A stretch of DNA of 64,000 nt from Eledone cirrhosa. Its lineage: Eukaryota. Under the pieces are notes generated by a model. That model worked only from the letters and a program-made list of their open reading frames with translations. It searched no databases and was not told where the DNA came from. The stretch spans positions 25,048,001 through 25,112,000 of the forward strand of contig OZ024752.1 in NCBI GenBank assembly GCA_964016885.1. The letters run 5' to 3'. Numbering within the stretch: the stretch's first letter is position 1; each line of letters starts with the position of its first letter. Of the stretch, positions 62,701-64,000 are shown piece after piece. Both the position numbers and the translations under genes were made by a program.

Positions 62701-64000
62701 TCCGACCCGTGTGTGGCTGCAGGGGAATCCAGCCGACGACGACGCCCGGACGGGGCGTCGTGGTGGTAGCTTGGCTTGGTCGATGCGACGACAACACGCC
62801 GCCCAAACTTGCTTCCTTCGGGGAGGCCCCGCGTAGACGGCGGAAAGAAATCCATTCCGCCGGCTAGGCGGTTCCGCCGCCGACCCGTACTTTTACGAGT
62901 AGCTGCCGGGAAAGAGAGGCGGCAAGACGGCGTGTATACCCGTCGCGAGGCGAAGTTCCGCGACGCGACACGACGCCTTCCGTCTTCCGCCTCGAACCCG
63001 GCAAACGTTCTCGCCCCTTGCCGCTTCGATGGCGAGAAAGTTCGCAACCCGCCGGCGACCCGTAGGGCTGCGCAACGCCTGCGGGGAATACCACCGAGTA
63101 GGGATTTTGCAGCACGGCCAGGGGGTTCTGTCTATTATATAGGGTAGGCTTGATCGGACGAGCTCGAAGAAAACGATTCCGGGTGCTACCCGTCGAGAGT
63201 CGTGAATATTCCGTTTACAAGACGGGTACGTGCCGGCCTACCCTATGCTATGACGGATGTCTCCGCCTCGACGACATGCCGTCTAGAACTCGTCCGCCCC
63301 GCCTGCACGTTAACGCCCGCCCTCCGCCTCCGATGCCGTGTTCCGCCTCCGATGCGTGTTCTGCCCGTAAAGTCTTGCCAACTTGGCCGCCTCCGACCCG
63401 TGTGTGGCTGCAGGGGAATCCAGCCGACGACGACGCCTGGACGGGGCGTCGTGGTGGTAGCTTGGCTTGGTCGATGCGACGACAACACGCCGCCCAAACT
63501 TGCTTCCTTCGGGGAGGCCCCGCGTAGACGGCGGAAAGAAATCCATTCCGCCGGCTAGGCGGTTCCGCCGCCGACCCGTACTTTTACGAGTAGCTGCCGG
63601 GAAAGAGAGGCGGCAAGACGGCGTGTATACCCGTCGCGAGGCGAAGTTCCGCGACGCGACACGACGCCTTCCGTCTTCCGCCTCGAACCCGGCAAACGTT
63701 CTCGCCCCTTGCCGCTTCGATGGCGAGAAAGTTCGCAACCCGCCGGCGAGGCGTATCCGCCGCCGACCCGTAGGGCTGCGCAACGCCTGCGGGGAATACC
63801 ACCGAGTAGGGATTTTGCAGCACGGCCAGGGGGTTCTGTCTATTATATAGGGTAGGCTTGATCGGACGAGCTCGAAGAAAACGATTCCGGGTGCTACCCG
63901 TCGAGAGTCGTGAATATTCCGTTTACAAGACGGGTACGTGCCGGCCTACCCTATGCTATGACGGATGTCTCCGCCTCGACGACATGCCGTCTAGAACTCG
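56755..64000 (+). repeat. IGS3 ~708-bp spacer-promoter repeat array, at least 11 copies (cut by the window end)
   Basis: TATATAGGGTAGGC recurs 11 times from 56755 to 63844. Confidence 0.95.

Noticed and set aside
1-64000. All ORFs in the six-frame track (e.g. MIGRARRKRF..., and 262-299 aa frames in the rRNA)
   Set aside because: They are Arg/Pro-rich low-complexity translations of GC-rich repeats and rRNA, they shift frame between repeat copies, and they show no recognisable domains.

Overview
The window is a tandem array of eukaryotic (most likely protostome animal) 45S rDNA on the + strand, with no credible protein-coding genes; the ORF track is read-through of GC-rich rRNA and spacer repeats. 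It holds two complete, near-identical transcription units (ETS-18S-ITS1-5.8S-ITS2-28S) 22,492 bp apart and three intergenic spacers. Each spacer has 255-, 88- and 53-bp repeats followed by a variable array of ~708-bp repeats (23, 10 and at least 11 copies), each carrying a copy of the putative Pol I initiation motif TATATAGGGTA. The 18S (~2.88 kb) and 28S (~5.1 kb without the insert) are strongly expanded and divergent. The main finding is that both 28S genes carry the same 1,238-bp non-coding insertion exactly at the R2 retrotransposon target site, replacing the conserved AAGG. Its 5' end can be folded by eye into an HDV/CPEB3-like ribozyme whose P1 uses the flanking 28S sequence, and its 3' end is structured. 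It is a candidate non-autonomous R2-dependent (SIDE-like) element. All RNA folds were read by eye, and the 5.8S and 28S termini are approximate.
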